Assembly: GCF_963921235.1 (NCBI RefSeq)
Contig: NC_086097.1
Span: forward strand, 188,544,001-188,608,000
Direction: 5' to 3'
DNA from: Mobula hypostoma
Lineage: Eukaryota
Length of the DNA: 64,000 nt
The stretch's first letter is position 1. Every line of letters begins with the position of its first letter. The position numbers were made by a program, and so were the translations under genes. Below are positions 1-39,700 of the stretch, piece by piece. Under the pieces are notes generated by a model that did no database searches, was not told the DNA's origin, and saw nothing but the letters and a program-made list of their open reading frames with translations.

Positions 1-1521
1 AAAACATATGAGTTAAAGAGGCTATCTGCCCCAAACATCTATCACAAAAAGGATTAATATGCAAGTAAAAATGCGCTAATTTATCTTTGGACATATGTGC
101 TCTATGAACAACTTTAAATTGAATTAGGGAATGTTTAGCACAAATAGAGGAAGTATTAACTAATTGTAAAATCTGCCCCCAATCATCCACAGAAATGGTA
201 AGCCCCAATTCCTGTTCCCAATCTACCCTAATCTTATCAAATGGAGCTTTCCTAAGTTTCATAATAATATTATAAATCATAGCCGATGCACCTTTCTGAC
301 ATGGATTAAGGTTAATTATCGAATCTAAAATATATGTAGGAGGAAGCATTGGAAAGGAAGAAAGTATAGTACTTAGGAAATTTCTAACTTGTAAATATCT
401 AAAAAATGTATTCTTGATAAGTTATATTTATTAGATAATTGTTCAAAAGACATAAGGGAACCATCTAAAAATAAATCCAAAAACCGTAAAATACCCTTAG
501 TCTTCCAAGTTTGAAAAGCGCGATCCGTAAAAGAGGGAGGAAAAAATATGTTACCTAAAATAGGAATCGCTAACCTGAATTGATTAAGATCAAAAAATTT
601 TCTGAATTGAAACCAAATACGCAAAGCATATTTAACTATCGGGTTAGACACCTGCTTAAGGCGTTTCGAATCAAAAGGAAGAGAGGAACCTAAAATAGAG
701 CCAAGTGTATAGCCCTGAACAGATTGTAGTTCCAATGCTACCCATTTAGGAATAGATAGTATATCCTGGTCAAGTAACCAAAATTTCATATGTCGAATAT
801 TAATTGCCCAATAATAGAATCTAAAGTTAGGTAATGCTAAACCTCCATCTCTCTTAGCTTTCTGTAAATGTATTTTACCCAGTCTCGGATTTTTATTCTG
901 CCAAATAAATGAAGAAATTTTAGAGTCAACTTTATCAAAGAAAGATTTTGAAACAAAAATTGGTAATGCCTGAAACACATATAAAAATTTTGGCAAAAAA
1001 AACATCTTAACTGCATTAATACGACCAATCAAAGTTAAATATAAAGGAAACCATTTAGATGAAAATTGAGTAATATGGTCTATTAATGGTAAAAAGTTAA
1101 TCTTAAATAAATCTTTATATTTACAAGTAATTTTAATCCCAAGATAAGAAAAATAGTTATCAATCAATTTAAATGGAAATTTATAATATAAGGGAAGATG
1201 TTTATTAATCGGAAAGAGTTCACTCTTACTAAGATTTAATTTATAACCTGAAAAAAAACCAAATTGTGCTAATAACTCTAAAACAGCAGGAATGGATTTC
1301 TCAGGATTAGAAATATATAAAAGTAAATCATCAGCATAGAGTGATAATTTACGGGACTTTAATCCCCGAGTTATCCCAGTAATATTTGAAGATTCTCGAA
1401 TGGCAATTGCAAGAGGTTCTAATGCAATATCAAATAATAGGGGACTAAGAGGACAGCCTTGTCGAGTACCTCGAAAAAGAGGAAAAAAAGGTGAGTTTAA
1501 AGAGTTAGTACGGACCGAGGC
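1..1521 (-). mobile_element. 5'-truncated L1-clade LINE, ORF2 RT and C-terminal region, frameshifted
   Basis: Minus strand reads RGTRQGCPLSPLLF, KLSLYADDLLL, YLGI, GRINAVKMFFLPKFLY and GGLALPNF. Confidence 0.9.
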
Positions 1522-1616
1522 AATTATTTATTAATGATTAGATAAATTCCTTAGGTATTTGCAACATCCTTATTTTCTAACAGAAACACAACAGGCAAAA
1601 CAAAAGGAATACTTTA

Positions 1617-26724
<25,108 letters not shown>

Positions 26725-29700
26725 CTGTTAGTCTGCTAAGTACAGAAGAAAAAACCTCAACTGTCAACAAATTAAATGCATGAAAATAAGTTTCAACCCA
26801 TCTTTATAAATTTTGCCTTTTCAGTTGTCTGTCCCTTTTTCAATCTCACTCAAAGCTGCCACAAAGACTCACATTCAAGCAATTCATTCGCACTCAATGT
26901 TCCATACAAAATTAAAATCCTGTAGATGTTCTAACATAAGTATAAACAGCTGCTAGAAACATTCAGATCAGACAGAATTTGTGAACAGAATACATGTGTA
27001 ATGTTTCTGATAATGATGCATCAGTGGGTGCATCAACATTTCATCTGAATAGGACCAGTTTAGCACTCTCCAGATAATGGTTCAGAAGCTAGAAAGTCAG
27101 TCATGTGGAGGAATGAAAAAGGAGATGAACATTGTTAATCCTGGAAGCCCATGGATTGGTCTTTGTTACTCCTCTTGTCCTACAAGGAAGAATAATATAT
27201 AACTTTCAACTTACTTACAAGACCTGTATCTAGTCTCCAATTAATTATGTAGTCAAGACAAGGGGAACATGTGCTGCATCATCAATTATTTAGTTTGCCA
27301 GAAGTCCTCTGTACACAGTTCAGCAGGGAACAAAAGAATTAAGCATGTGAGAAAGTATTATTTACATAAATCAAAACCATGTTTGATTATTTCTTTTTCC
27401 ATGAATCAGCTAGTTCCTCCAATGAAACTGCACTACAAAATGTAAAATCCAAAAAAAAAGTCAGGCAGCACCTGCAGGCAGAGAAAGAATTGTACTTGAG
27501 TTGTGCAGGTTTAATTCTGCAAAGAACTGCTGCTGACATGCTCCTTATATGATCTCATCTTGCATTGCCACACCTGCATTGTACAACATGGGAGATAGAT
27601 CATGGCGTATTTACTTCAGCTAGGCTCAGCACCAAGTATTAACACACTGAGCTGAACAAAGCTATTTCTAAATTTATTAAGATTCAAGTGTACTTTATGG
27701 CTCTAACAAGATCAAGACATTGATGATTTTAATTTTGATCAAGCTGTTTATAGTTTGTAGTTTTAGCTTGTGGAATAGAAGCAAGCAATTGTTTAAAGCA
27801 ATAAATGCAACTACAACCTCAATTTATGTCATTGATTGGACTTGTACTAGTCAAAGAAAATGGATATGGGAGTCATTAAAAAGTCACTTGCAAATTGCCT
27901 TAACATCAACGAGTCCTGGGATGCCATACAAAATTTGATCCGAGGAACTTCTGATAGATGCTCCAAACCAAAGTCAAAGAAATAGAATGAATATCATAAA
28001 AGGAGGAGGAGAGACATGAGTATAGAAGTTTACGGAGGAATTCCAGAAAACAGCCAGCCAAGCCACGAGTGAAAATGGAAATATATATAAAATCCCGAAG
28101 CAAAGACGGTCAAACTTTTGTATGCTTTAGTTTTTTAATTCAATAGCCCATTCCTCCAAAATAGATGGCTGTGTTTTAAAATGTACTGTCCTCCCACTAT
28201 TTGAAGTTATTTGGTTTGTGTCTGAACAATTCAAGGAAGGTTTTTGGGAATTCAATGAGGGTTTCTGGGAACACACGTGACCCTCAAGAGAATGAAGTAT
28301 TTTAAGATAGCTGTATTACAGAAAATTTACATCAGCATTTATGGATAAAGTTAGGAAAAGATGGGAACAAAACAATTGTTTTTAAATGTGGCAATACTGG
28401 TAGATGTTAACAAGCATCTACCATGACAAGAGAATAGGATGGTGTTAGTTAAAAATAGGCATCAGAATTTATGATAAACTCGGGGTTATGGTAGGAAGAA
28501 GTTGGGAGGCTTTCGTGAGACCACTGAAATAGTCACCTGGAGGTACAGTAACATAGAGTAGCATATGAGGCAACAACAAAACCAGGATTGTTATAAAGAT
28601 ATGACTAGGTGTTTTTACTGATGGAGAGGAGATGGTATTCTGGTATCAGAACCTTTTCTCCAGATCAAACAGGACACATGCTAAAAGCAACCTGATGGGC
28701 AAGAAGGAGAAAAAAAAATGAAGCGACAAACAAAGTTTGTGGTAGGATAGAAGTAAACAGCTACTATCCTCCCAGTATTTTCCAGAAGAAATCTGTTTAT
28801 CCCATTATACCAAAGATGAAATAAAGCCTAGACCTAGAACCATCCACATGCACTTGGAAACAGACGTACACAGTTTAGATAACATCACCAAGAGAAGCAG
28901 AATAGCAGCATTCAAATACATTTAGAAGCAAAGTGTATGTGTAGTGTAAGTCAGAGGGAAAGTGTAGAAAGAGGATGTGTGGTCAAATGGCTTATGTACT
29001 GTAGAAAGACTAGGAATAGTATGGTGAGGGTAGCATAGTCATTCACGTGGGACTCTACCTGTTAGGTTAGTTTTTGTACTGTGACAAACACGGCAACGTT
29101 CAAACATGGGAGTTGTCAGATATCTAGACATCTTATTATCTTATTCTACAGCAAAGTATGTAATTGGAAATGTACCATAATTTGTAAGGACATGCATGAA
29201 CAGAGTGGTTTCATTATCTGGTTAATATAACAAGAGTCAGAGTTTATGGGGCATACATTGTGGTATTAATACAGGACAGTGCATCTTTAGTACATAGCCT
29301 ACTTGATAAAATTGTGTACAATAAAATTTTCATAACGTTATGATTTTCTATTCAAATAAGATAATCTAATCTTTTCCTTCTTCATTCCTGATAATTATAA
29401 TCCAAACAAGTTTTGTAGATCTGCTTAGCTATTTAGTAATAATGCTTTTGAAAGAAATCCCAGTTGTATAACCAAAAAGCACTCACCTATGCAGGTAAAA
29501 TGAAAATGAATGCACTTTGTCAGGTACAATCATGGTCCAGTGAAAAGTCTCAGCATGCTCAACCTTTCTTCATAATTTAGTCCCCAGAGTCCTGGCAACA
29601 TCCTTATAAACCTTCCCTGCAATCTTACCAGCATAATGGCACCTTTCCTACAGCAGGATGATTACAATATTCCAACATCAGAAAAGTTAGCTATTATACT

Positions 29701-32269
29701 ACAAATACCTTTCAAATTTACAAAGGATCAAAACATAATCTTAGAGACATATTCCACATACGTGTTCAATGTGGACATCGTGGGCTGAAGAGTCTATTTT
29801 TATGCTATCCTGTTTGTACATCAAGGCTAAAAAAACCTCTAAATCCATCAAGTAAAGGAAACACATTGTTGTCAAACAAATTAAAGGCAAAAAGTGGATT
29901 CATGACTTTACAGTATAACTAGTCAAAATATTAAATAAAAATAAAAGTTCAGATGGCAAAGTTATTTTTATTCCTGTTTTTCTCACTGTGCAACTTTCCC
30001 CAAACTCTGAAAACAGTCAATTCCAGAGCCTCAATGAACTCTCATCTCAAATATCACAGCAACACATATGCTTGGTGAAAATAATTACAAGGAGAGAAAA
30101 TAAAGTGGACAGAGTACGATATTTTCAACTTTTGCAGTAAGTTGAGACTACTAACTAATTACGGCAATTCCAATGATTGCTTGTCCAATGGAGGGACTTA
30201 ACTATACATATTTTACCAAGACCACATTAACCTTCCTGCGTCTATGTTCCAAAATGAACCAAATGTAATAGAAGTGTGGACACTTGTCTCAGAGAAAGCA
30301 AGAGAGATTGCTCTGTCGAAAAGTGCAGGTCAGGTTGCAGGATAAAATAAAAATCTGATCTTAGAATAGATAGAAAGTTGAATGCTCTTCAAAAGTACCA
30401 TCACCTTTGACTTTCTATTGTATTTGAAAATTTGTACAAAACAAATTTACCATAAGACAGAGGAGCAGATGAGGCCAGTCAGCCCATTGAGTCTGCTCCA
30501 CCATTGTATGATGGCTGACTGATTTTCCCTGTTAACCCATTCTCCTGCTTTCTCCATGTAACCTTTGATGCATGCCCTTACTAATCAAGAATCTATCAAC
30601 TTCCACTTTATAAAACCATTCATTTTCATTCATTACTGCTTCACATACAAACTGAACAATCATCACTTAGCCATCAAGAACCATCATCCATCAGCTATGG
30701 CTAAACAAGTCAAAGAATGCAGTATTGAAAATACCGAGGTCGATAGAATCTAACTTTTGCTTGTAGGAGAAAAGACGACTTTGGGGAGAAGGAAGATGGT
30801 CTTAAATACAAGTAATTGTAGATGAAGCAGGTACAATTAGTTGGTCTAAAGCTACATGAATTGACAATCAGGGTTAGGGTTACGGTACTGTCCAGTTGAA
30901 GAGCCTGGTCTGAAACATCAACTGTTCTCTTTTCTATAGATGCTGCACGGTCTGCTAAGTTCCTCCATTATTTTATGTGGGTTGATTAGGAGCCCGAAGG
31001 CACACATTCAACCATTCAGGAATAGCTTCTTCCCCTTTGCCATTAGATTTCTGAATGAACATTGACCCCATGAACATAACCTCACTACTTTTTTTTGTTT
31101 TCGCAATACTTATTTAACTTTTTAAAATATATTATGAATTGTACTGCTGCTGCATAATAAACTTCTAGACGTATGCCAGTGATATTAAACCTGATTCTGA
31201 CTTCCTATTGCTCTGGCTTTGCAGAATATATTGCCAGATCAGCAGAAACCCACATTGTTAAAAAAAATAAATAATTTTCTTTGAGCCAGCATTAAGAATT
31301 TCTGCAGAGTGCCTTTTATACACATATTCAGATCTCCTTCACTACTGATTGATTTGCAGACTGCAGCACAATGACATAACTTGGATCACTATTTCTGAAA
31401 TGTAGTGCTGATGACCAACAGCACATCAGTATTACTTACCACTGCATTAGAATGACAGCACAAGTAAAGCTAGATAATGATTAGTGTACAATTTCCCAAC
31501 AAGGGATGGAGAACTTTCAGTTGAATAAATATGGAATATATATATGTATGTTCTCTCCAAAATTGTTTTAATAAGTACTAAATGTCTATTTGGTTTTACT
31601 GACACAGCACTTACTCCAGACAGGTACTCAAAAATCAGATTTCAGAAGCAGAACCTTTGTTACATTATTGAAATTAATTGAGAATTTTACATTGACCTCA
31701 GTTGACAACCCAACAACTTTTCTTAATTACCAAGGATGCCCGCAAGGGCAAGCCACATTCAAAAAGATATGAAAAATGACTTAGTACAGGCCTCAGAAAC
31801 ACTTCACATAACCTGTTTTACAATTTAAATGGAGTACAGTGCCTGTTATTATGCAGCAAAAGCTACAAATTTAAAATCAACAATATACAGATATATGTTC
31901 ATCTAATATCATGAAATAAAAAAGTACCAACAGCAAACTGTTACAGAACATATTGTAACAAACAGTTACAGGCTTGTAGTAGCTTTCCTTTGACTCTTCC
32001 AGAAATTTTATTTGATTCATGTCTACAATAGCTTCCAATCTCAAAGTACCTCCACCCATCACAATGTCTGCTTCTCCTTCCTAATGTCCTGGTAGATTAA
32101 TTCCTTCCATCTGGTCTTAACCATGGAGTTTATGTTTTCTCACCTGAACTAATTTGTATTCCTTCATCCAGTCTCTTAACTAGATTTCCAATGCTTTCAG
32201 TTTCCTGGCTTTGCTAATTCTACTGCTGTAAAGAACTCATTTTCAAGGTTGTTTATATTTCAGGAAGGG

Positions 32270-33009
32270 CAAGATGAAGGAACACATACCAATCCTCAGG
32301 GGGATCAGAAGTAAAGCGAGTGAGCAGCTTCAAGTTCCTGGGCATCAAGATCTCTGAGGATCTAACCTGGTCCCAAAATATTGATGTAGTCATAAAGAAG
32401 GCAAGACAGCAGCTATACTTCATTAGGAGTCTGAAGAGATTTGGCATGTCAACAAACACACTCAAAAACTTCTATAGTTGTACCATGGAGAGCATTCAGA
32501 CAGGCTGCATAACTGTCTGGTATGGAGGGGCTACTGCACAGGACTGAAAGAAGCTGCAGAAGGTTGTAAGGATAGAGTCAGCTCCATCTTGGGCACTAGC
32601 CTACAAAGTACCCAGGACATCTTTAGGAAGCAGTGTCTCAGGAAGGCAGCGTCCATTATTAAGGACCTCCAGCACACAGGCCATACCCTTTTCTCACTGT
32701 TACCATCAGGTAGGAGACACAGAAGCCTGAAGGCACACACTCAGCGATTCAGGAACAGCTTCTTCCCCTCTGCCATTCGATTCTTAAATGGACATTGAAG
32801 CTTTGGACACTCTCACTTTTTTTAATTGACAGAATTTCTGTTTTTTCACATTTTTAAAAAATCTATTCAATGTACACAATTGATTTATTGTTTTGTTTTA
32901 TTTATTAATTTTTCTCTGTCTCTGCTGATTATGTATTGCATTGAACTGCTGCTACAAAGTTAACAAATTTCACATCACATGCCGGTGATAATAAACCCGA
33001 TTCTGATTC
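32270..33009 (+). mobile_element. Rex1/Babar-like LINE 3' portion
   Basis: SSFKFLGIKISEDLTW, KKARQQLYFIRSL, SLLPSGRR and RFRNSFFPSAIRFLN; gattctgattc tail. Confidence 0.8.
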
Positions 33010-33864
33010 CTAGGTATAAACTTAAACATACTACTCTCAATTTCAGCATGGCCATCCTATTCTTCTGAATTTCCATATCTCAACCTTCTCTGCTTCCTTG
33101 AATGAAAGCCCAGCGATTGCTCTGCTACCATTCCCTCCTCCTCCAGCTGTCTCAACTTGTTTTCATGTTGGCCTACTTCTGATTTCACTCACTTCTCCCA
33201 AATAAGTGGTTTAATAATGTTCAGATCATTGATAGCCCTATTTTTACATTTTCCCACCACTAATCATAAACTAGGAAATTCTATTAACTTTGCAGTTAAT
33301 TTCTTCCTTTCTCTCCACTTCTGACATTTATTTTAGGGGCAGTAAACTAACTGACTTTCAATTAGCTTCATACAATGACTACGTTCTATTTTCCCAGTTT
33401 CTCCATCTCTTATTAAATCTCATCCCTCAATGCTACTGAGCAATCCCAAACCTAACCTATTGCCGACAGGCCTTCCACTGGATTCATCTGTTACACCTAT
33501 CCCCTCATCTCCTCCATCCCTGAACTTTATTTGGGCCTTTACTTCCACCCAAACAGTTCCACAGACCATAGGTCAGCCAAAACCACTTCCAATATCTATA
33601 GCATGTAACCATCAAACATGACTGCCACACCCTTCCTTAGAACGCACATTCACTACATGTCACCTCATCATTTCCCTCAATAACCAGTAAGCTCAGAACA
33701 TACCTACAGATACCTTTTCTTGTATCTCACTCCTCCCAGAAGCCCAACCCAGTCTCGGAGAAAACAGGTATTTTTCAATACTGTATACCATACTACATTT
33801 GCTGCTGTTCTTGTCTATATACTGTGGAGAAGATAGATTATATAGCGTCTCCTAAATACCAGAC

Positions 33865-34110
33865 ACTCTGCAGATGCTGGAAATTCCAAAGCAATACACA
33901 CAACAAATGCTGGATGATATCGGCAGGTCAGGCAGCATCTATGGAAAGAATTAAAAAGCGTCTACATTCGGGCGGAGACCCTTTTGAGTACTGGAGAGGA
34001 AGAGGAAAGGCGCTAAAACAAAAAGTGGGGAGAGGAGGAGGAGGAGGATAGCTAAAAGGTGCTAGGACCAGCCAGGTAAGTGGGAAAGGTAAAGAGCTAG
34101 AGAGGAAGGC
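33865..34110 (-). mobile_element. Penelope-like 3' terminal stub
   Basis: Matches the family terminal repeat (ctgcagatgctggaaat...gcaggtcaggcagcatctatgg); hammerhead degenerate. Confidence 0.7.
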
Positions 34111-34379
34111 GTTTACATTCATACCCCACGGGCCTTTAAAAAATTTAATCACTGTTCCGTAGAACGTAGCCTAATCTGAGGCACTAATTATTTTTCTAAC
34201 TTCCCCATATAATTAAACATTAATATGGTTAAGTTGTTTACCATACAACCGCATGCATTGGGGTTTAGGGTATTCTTTCAACATTGACTCCACTCTAGAA
34301 AACCATCACAACAAAAGTAGACTAACAACAAGCCATCACATTAAAAGCACGTTAGCAGCAGAGTAAAGTGAATGTCGTC

Positions 34380-35150
34380 CCAGACCTTACTAAGTTAGGA
34401 AGAGCGAGATGAAACCAAAGTTACATGCAGGGCCGACGGGTTTGCTGGAGACCTGCAGTGTGCCTGATCCAGTACTTCCTGCGGCGTAATACTGGGCGGT
34501 CAGCAGGGCGCACCCTCCACACCGTTCAGTTTTCAGTTCCCGGATTCGATTGCGATTAAAATGTTTCTGACCAAGACCTACAGTCTTTGCAGGCACCAGT
34601 GAGTTTTCAAGAGGAATTATTCAATCCGAGTTGTTGTGATCTTTTCACGTCTCCTTCTCGGGCAGCTGTCATGTTCAGGGGCGGTTCCTCTAAAGAAGCC
34701 ATTCTACCCGCGTCAGCCCAGCCCAGCCCAGCCGCAGCTGAGCTAAAATCAACGTTTAGACTTGAAACTTAACAGCTATGTGTTTGTGGGCGGACAAAAA
34801 TTGAGGGTTATCAAACTTGGGCTCAGAAAGGACACTGCGTAATAAGATATATTTTTTTAATTAAAGTGACCTCCACGACTTTATAAACTAATTACTTTAT
34901 AAAATAGTAATGAGTGAAATTTCTGCAGAACCCCAACCGGGCTTTTGACGAAACGGAGACACCATCTGTATTTCGTGGGAAGAAATCAGTTTTTAGTAGT
35001 GCGTTGATTATACCGCGGAGTACTGTACCACATTTAATAGTTAAATTGAAAGAAAAAGAGCAAAACTAAGTGACGCGGCCGAGCACCGGAGTTTGGACTC
35101 AATTTGATTCTCCGACAAAATGGGTGAGGAGGCAGATTGCGCAGTTGTTC
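34380..35150 (-). promoter_or_regulatory. CpG-enriched region; probable CPNE3 promoter or non-coding first exon
   Basis: Non-repeat, CpG-rich sequence ~7.7 kb upstream of the CPNE3 ATG; GC-box-like ggggcgg and gggcgg; candidate minus-strand donor GTAAGG at 34390-34385. Confidence 0.55.
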
Positions 35151-36769
35151 TTTCCGTTCCACATTGCACCATCAAGGAGCTAATATTGGGGATATTGGAA
35201 ATGCTTATGACAGATAAAATAAAACAAAAAAAATACTAGAAACACTCACATTTTGGGCGGCTTCCCCTCCTCTTTCAGGATTTTTAGAAATTCTTTTCAC
35301 GACTTCCTGGTCCACTCTGTACACTCCAGTCATTCATCCTCATGGCACTTTTCTCTGAAATACAGGAGGTACAACCTTTCACCACCCCGTCAAACAGGAC
35401 TTAATCAGTCTTGACAGTTTAAACAGTAAAGAGTTTGCACTTTTCCCAATTTAATGTATGATGTTTGTATTTACAAACAATAGTTGCTACACTGGTGAAA
35501 TCAAATGCAGAATGAGTTACTGGTGATTGCAGGAGTGACCCCGGCCCCCAAATTTCCTGTTGTCTGCTATTTTAATTCTCCTTCCCTTCATGCCATGATT
35601 TATCTGTCTGTAGACCCCTACACACTTATGATGGTACCCTGGGAAAGCTTGAAAAACTCCTTAACTACTGAATAGGTACTTAGATGCCTTCTGAATTCCC
35701 AATAGCAAATTCTGCAGTTGCAGGTAACATGCTCTCTCAATAGAACTAGCTGGTCCATCTGTGATACTGACTCGGTTTTTTTTCACCATTAGCATAGCTT
35801 GAAGCTATTAGGTATGTCCCACAGCTCTGCTTTTAACAAATTTTATTTTGCGACATGTTATCACTTACTAGCTTCCCACATTTCATTGGGTTTATAACCC
35901 TGAGCTCAGATTAGCTCTCTTAACTGCCCACATTAATCAATTAATCAGGTGACCTAGTTAACAGTTTATCCCCACAGCAACCATAGCCTCATCACAAATG
36001 TAGGTTTTATCCTATCCACCCCTCTGCTCACTTCTCCTAATTTGAAAATACTTTTTTCTCTCCAAGAAAATTATTGAGCTGCAAAGTTAAGTTAGTTTCT
36101 CTTACCACAAATGCTGCCTGACTTGCTGAGTGCTTCAAGCATTTTCTGTTTTAATTAATTTTTGTTCAACATCTTTAGTTTTATTTCGATCTTTTTAATT
36201 ATCTGAGAATTTGATTTGTCAGGGTTATATGACTACATTCTGTAATAGGTTGCAATAGATGTATCTTAATCCTTAAGAAATAGGGAATATACAAGTCTCA
36301 TGTTATATTTATCTGGCAAAGGACACCATTTTAAGTTTGATAGGCTGCTTAATTTGCTTGTTGCCGTAAGATAGAAGGGAAAGGACTTCATCATAACTCT
36401 TGCAATCAGTTGGCCACAATAACTAAACTTATAAGGATAACTTGCCCTTTTTTAATCAAAGAATGCTATTCAGTACTGTATAACATTTACTCTTCACCCT
36501 TGAATTAAATCCATAAAATAAAGATATACTATAGGTTGTTGCAATTTAATTGTACCTATTGTCGCATGAATGGAATGTGGGCTGCTCAGTAGCCTCAGAA
36601 TTTCTAACAGGAATCTGTAACTGCACCCTCCTCTTCCAATTTACTAATGATGGTCACAGGCTCATGCTCCAGGAGTGAGATGCTTGAGTTTGCTGGAAAA
36701 GTAAAGGTAGAAGGCAGTAAGCTGCACCTTCTTATACCTTGCTTCATACCTTTTCATAGCAGGATGTAT

Positions 36770-39700
36770 GTGAGGTGGCATGTTTGCTAATTCACTGATC
36801 TGCTGATTTTAATTTACTGATTTTACTCTCTAGATTTTGTTCTTTGAGTTTAAAGCTGTTCCCCATGGTGAACAGAAAAATATCCTGGATTGAGGATTGT
36901 GGTAACTTATTGTCCAGCGATGACGGCAGTAGATGGGGTTTAAATAAAAGAAGGAAGGAGGAGTTTAAGGCGTTGCTGAGTTTTGAATGTGGACTTGTTT
37001 CAGGTATCATTCCGATTAGATTAACTAAGGATTTGGAAAAAAAAATCATTAGGAAATATTGTGGGTGCAAGACCTTTAAGAAATCAGATTGGCAGGTATG
37101 ATATTGTGGCCATCAGTGAGACGTGGCTAAAGGATGCATGTCTCTGGGAGCTGAACGTCCAAGGATACACGGTGTATTGGAAGGATAGGCAGGTAGGCAG
37201 AGGGGGAGGCGTGACCTTATTGGTAAGAAATGATAATAAATCATCAGGAAGAGGTGACATAGAATCGGAAGGTGCAGAATCTTTATGAGTTGAGCTAAGA
37301 AATTGCAGGGGTAAAAGGACCCTGATGGCAGTTATATACAGGCCTCCAAACAGCTGCAGTGATGTGGACTACAAATTACAACTGGAAATTGAAAAGGCTT
37401 GTCAGAAGGGCAGTGTTATGATAATTGTGGGAGATTTTAACATGCGAGTGGATTGGGAAAATCAGGTCGGCACTGGATCTCAAGAGAGAGAATTTGTAGA
37501 ATGTCTGCGAGATGGCTTTTTAGAACAGCCTGTTGTTGAGCCCACTAGGGGATCGGCTGTACTGGATTGGGTATTGTGTAATGAACCAGAGGTGATTAGA
37601 GAGATTGAGGTGAAGGAACCCTTAGGAGGCAGTGATCATAACATGATTGAGTTCACTGTGAAGTCTGAGAAAGAGAAGCCAAAATCTGATGTGTCGGTAT
37701 TTCAGTGGAGTAAAGGAAATTACAGTGGATTGAGAGAGGAAATGGCCAGAGTTGACTGGAAAGGGACACTGGAGGGAAGGATGACAGAGCAGCAGTGGCT
37801 GGAATTTATGCGAGAAGTAAGGTGCAAGACAGATATATTCCAAAAAAGAAGAAATTTTCAAATGGAAAAAGGATGCAACCATGGTTGACAAGAGAAGTCA
37901 AAGCCAAAGTTAAAGCAAAGGAGAGGACATACAAGGAAGCAAAAATTAGTGGGAAGACAGAGGATTGGGAAGTTTTTAAAAGCTTACAAAAGGAAACTAA
38001 GAAGGTCATTAAGAGGGAAAAGATGAACTATGAAAGGAAGCTAGCAAATAATATCAAAGAGGATACTAAAAGCTTTTTCAAATATATAAAGAGTAAAAGA
38101 CAGGTGAGAGTAGATATAAGACAGATAGAAAATGATGCTGGAGAAATCGTAATGGGAGATAAGGAGATGGCGGAGGAACTGAACGAGTACTTTGCATCAG
38201 TCTTCAATGAGCAAGACATCAGCAGTATACCGAACACTCAAGGGTGTCAGGGAAGAGAAGTGTGCACAGTCACAATTACAAAAGAGAAAGTACTCAGGAA
38301 ACTGAATAGTCTAAGGATAGATAAATCTCCTGGACCAGATGGAATGCACCCTCGTGTTCTGAAGGAAGTAGCTGTGGAGATTGCGGAGGCATGAGCAATG
38401 ATCTTTCAAAAGTCAATAGATTCTGGCATGGTTCCGGAGGACTGGAAGATTGCAAATGTCACTCCACTATTTAAGAAGGGGGAAAAGAAGCAAAAAGGAA
38501 ATTATAGACCTGTTAGCTTGACATCGGTGGTTGGGAAGTTGTTGGAGTCGATTGTCAAGGATGAGGTTGCAGAATACCTGGAGGCATATGACAAGATAGG
38601 CAGAACTCAGCATGGTTTCCTTAAGGGAAAATCCTGCCTGACAAACCTATTGCAATTTTTTGAGGAAATTACAAGTAGGCTAGACAAAGGAGATGCAGTG
38701 GATGTTGTATATTTGGATTTTCAGAAGGCCTTTGACAAGGTGCCACACATGAGGCTGCTTAACAAGATGGAATTACTTTTAAACATTCAGCATCCCATGG
38801 AATTACGGGAAAGTTACATACGTGGATAGAGCGTTGGCTGATTGGCAGGAAACAGAGAGTGGAAATAAATGGATCCTATTCTGGTTGGCTGCCGGTTACC
38901 AGTGGTGTTTCACAGGGGTCCATGTTGGGACCGCTTCTTTTTACATTGTACATAAACGATTTGGATTATGAAATAGATGGCTTTGTAGCTAAGTTTGCTG
39001 ATGATACGAAGATAGGTGGAGGGGCCGGTAGTGCTGAGGAAACAGAGAGTCTGTAGAGAGACTTGGATAGATTGGGAGAATGGGCAAAGAAGTGGCAAAT
39101 GAAATACAATGTTAGAAAGTATATGGTTATGCACTTTGTCAGAAGAAATAAACGGGCAGACTATTATTTAAATAGAGAGAGAGAATTCAAAGTTCTGAGA
39201 TGCACGGGACATGGGAGTCCTCGTGCAGGATATCCTTAAGGTTGACTTCCAGGTTCAGTTGGAGGTGAAGAAGGCAAATGCAATGTTGGCATTCATTTCT
39301 AGAGGAATAAGAGTATAGGAGCAAGGATGTGATGTTCAGGCTCTATAAGGCACTGGTAAGACCTCACTTGGAGTACTGTGTGCAGTTTTGGGCTCCTTAT
39401 TTAAGAAAGGATTTGCTGACGTTGGAGAGGGTTCAGAGAAGATTCACTAGAATGATTCCGTGAATGAGAGGGTTAACATATGAGGAATGTTTGACCGCTT
39501 TTGGACTGTATTCCTTGGAGTTTAGAAGAATGAGGGGGTACCTTATAGAAACATTTCGAATATTGAAAGGCATGGACAGAGTGGATGTGGCAAAACTGTT
39601 TCCCATGGTGGGGGAGTCTAGTATGAGAGGGCATGACTTAAGGATTGAAGGGTGCCCATTCAGAACAGAGATGCGAAGAAATTTTTTTGGCCGGGGGTGG

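Noticed and set aside
28200..29300. Possible ancient LTR/gag relic (RCFY... knuckle-like peptide near 28610)
   Set aside because: Too decayed; no second motif, LTR pair or primer-binding site recognisable by eye.
29481..29560. Strong minus-strand donor AG|GTGAGT as a CPNE3 5'UTR exon
   Set aside because: No convincing upstream acceptor, and adjacent sequence looks like decayed CR1; cannot be supported without RNA data.
26740..34390. Nested RBM12-like intronless gene, as occurs in the 5' intron of CPNE1
   Set aside because: No long ORF or RRM motifs in this interval.
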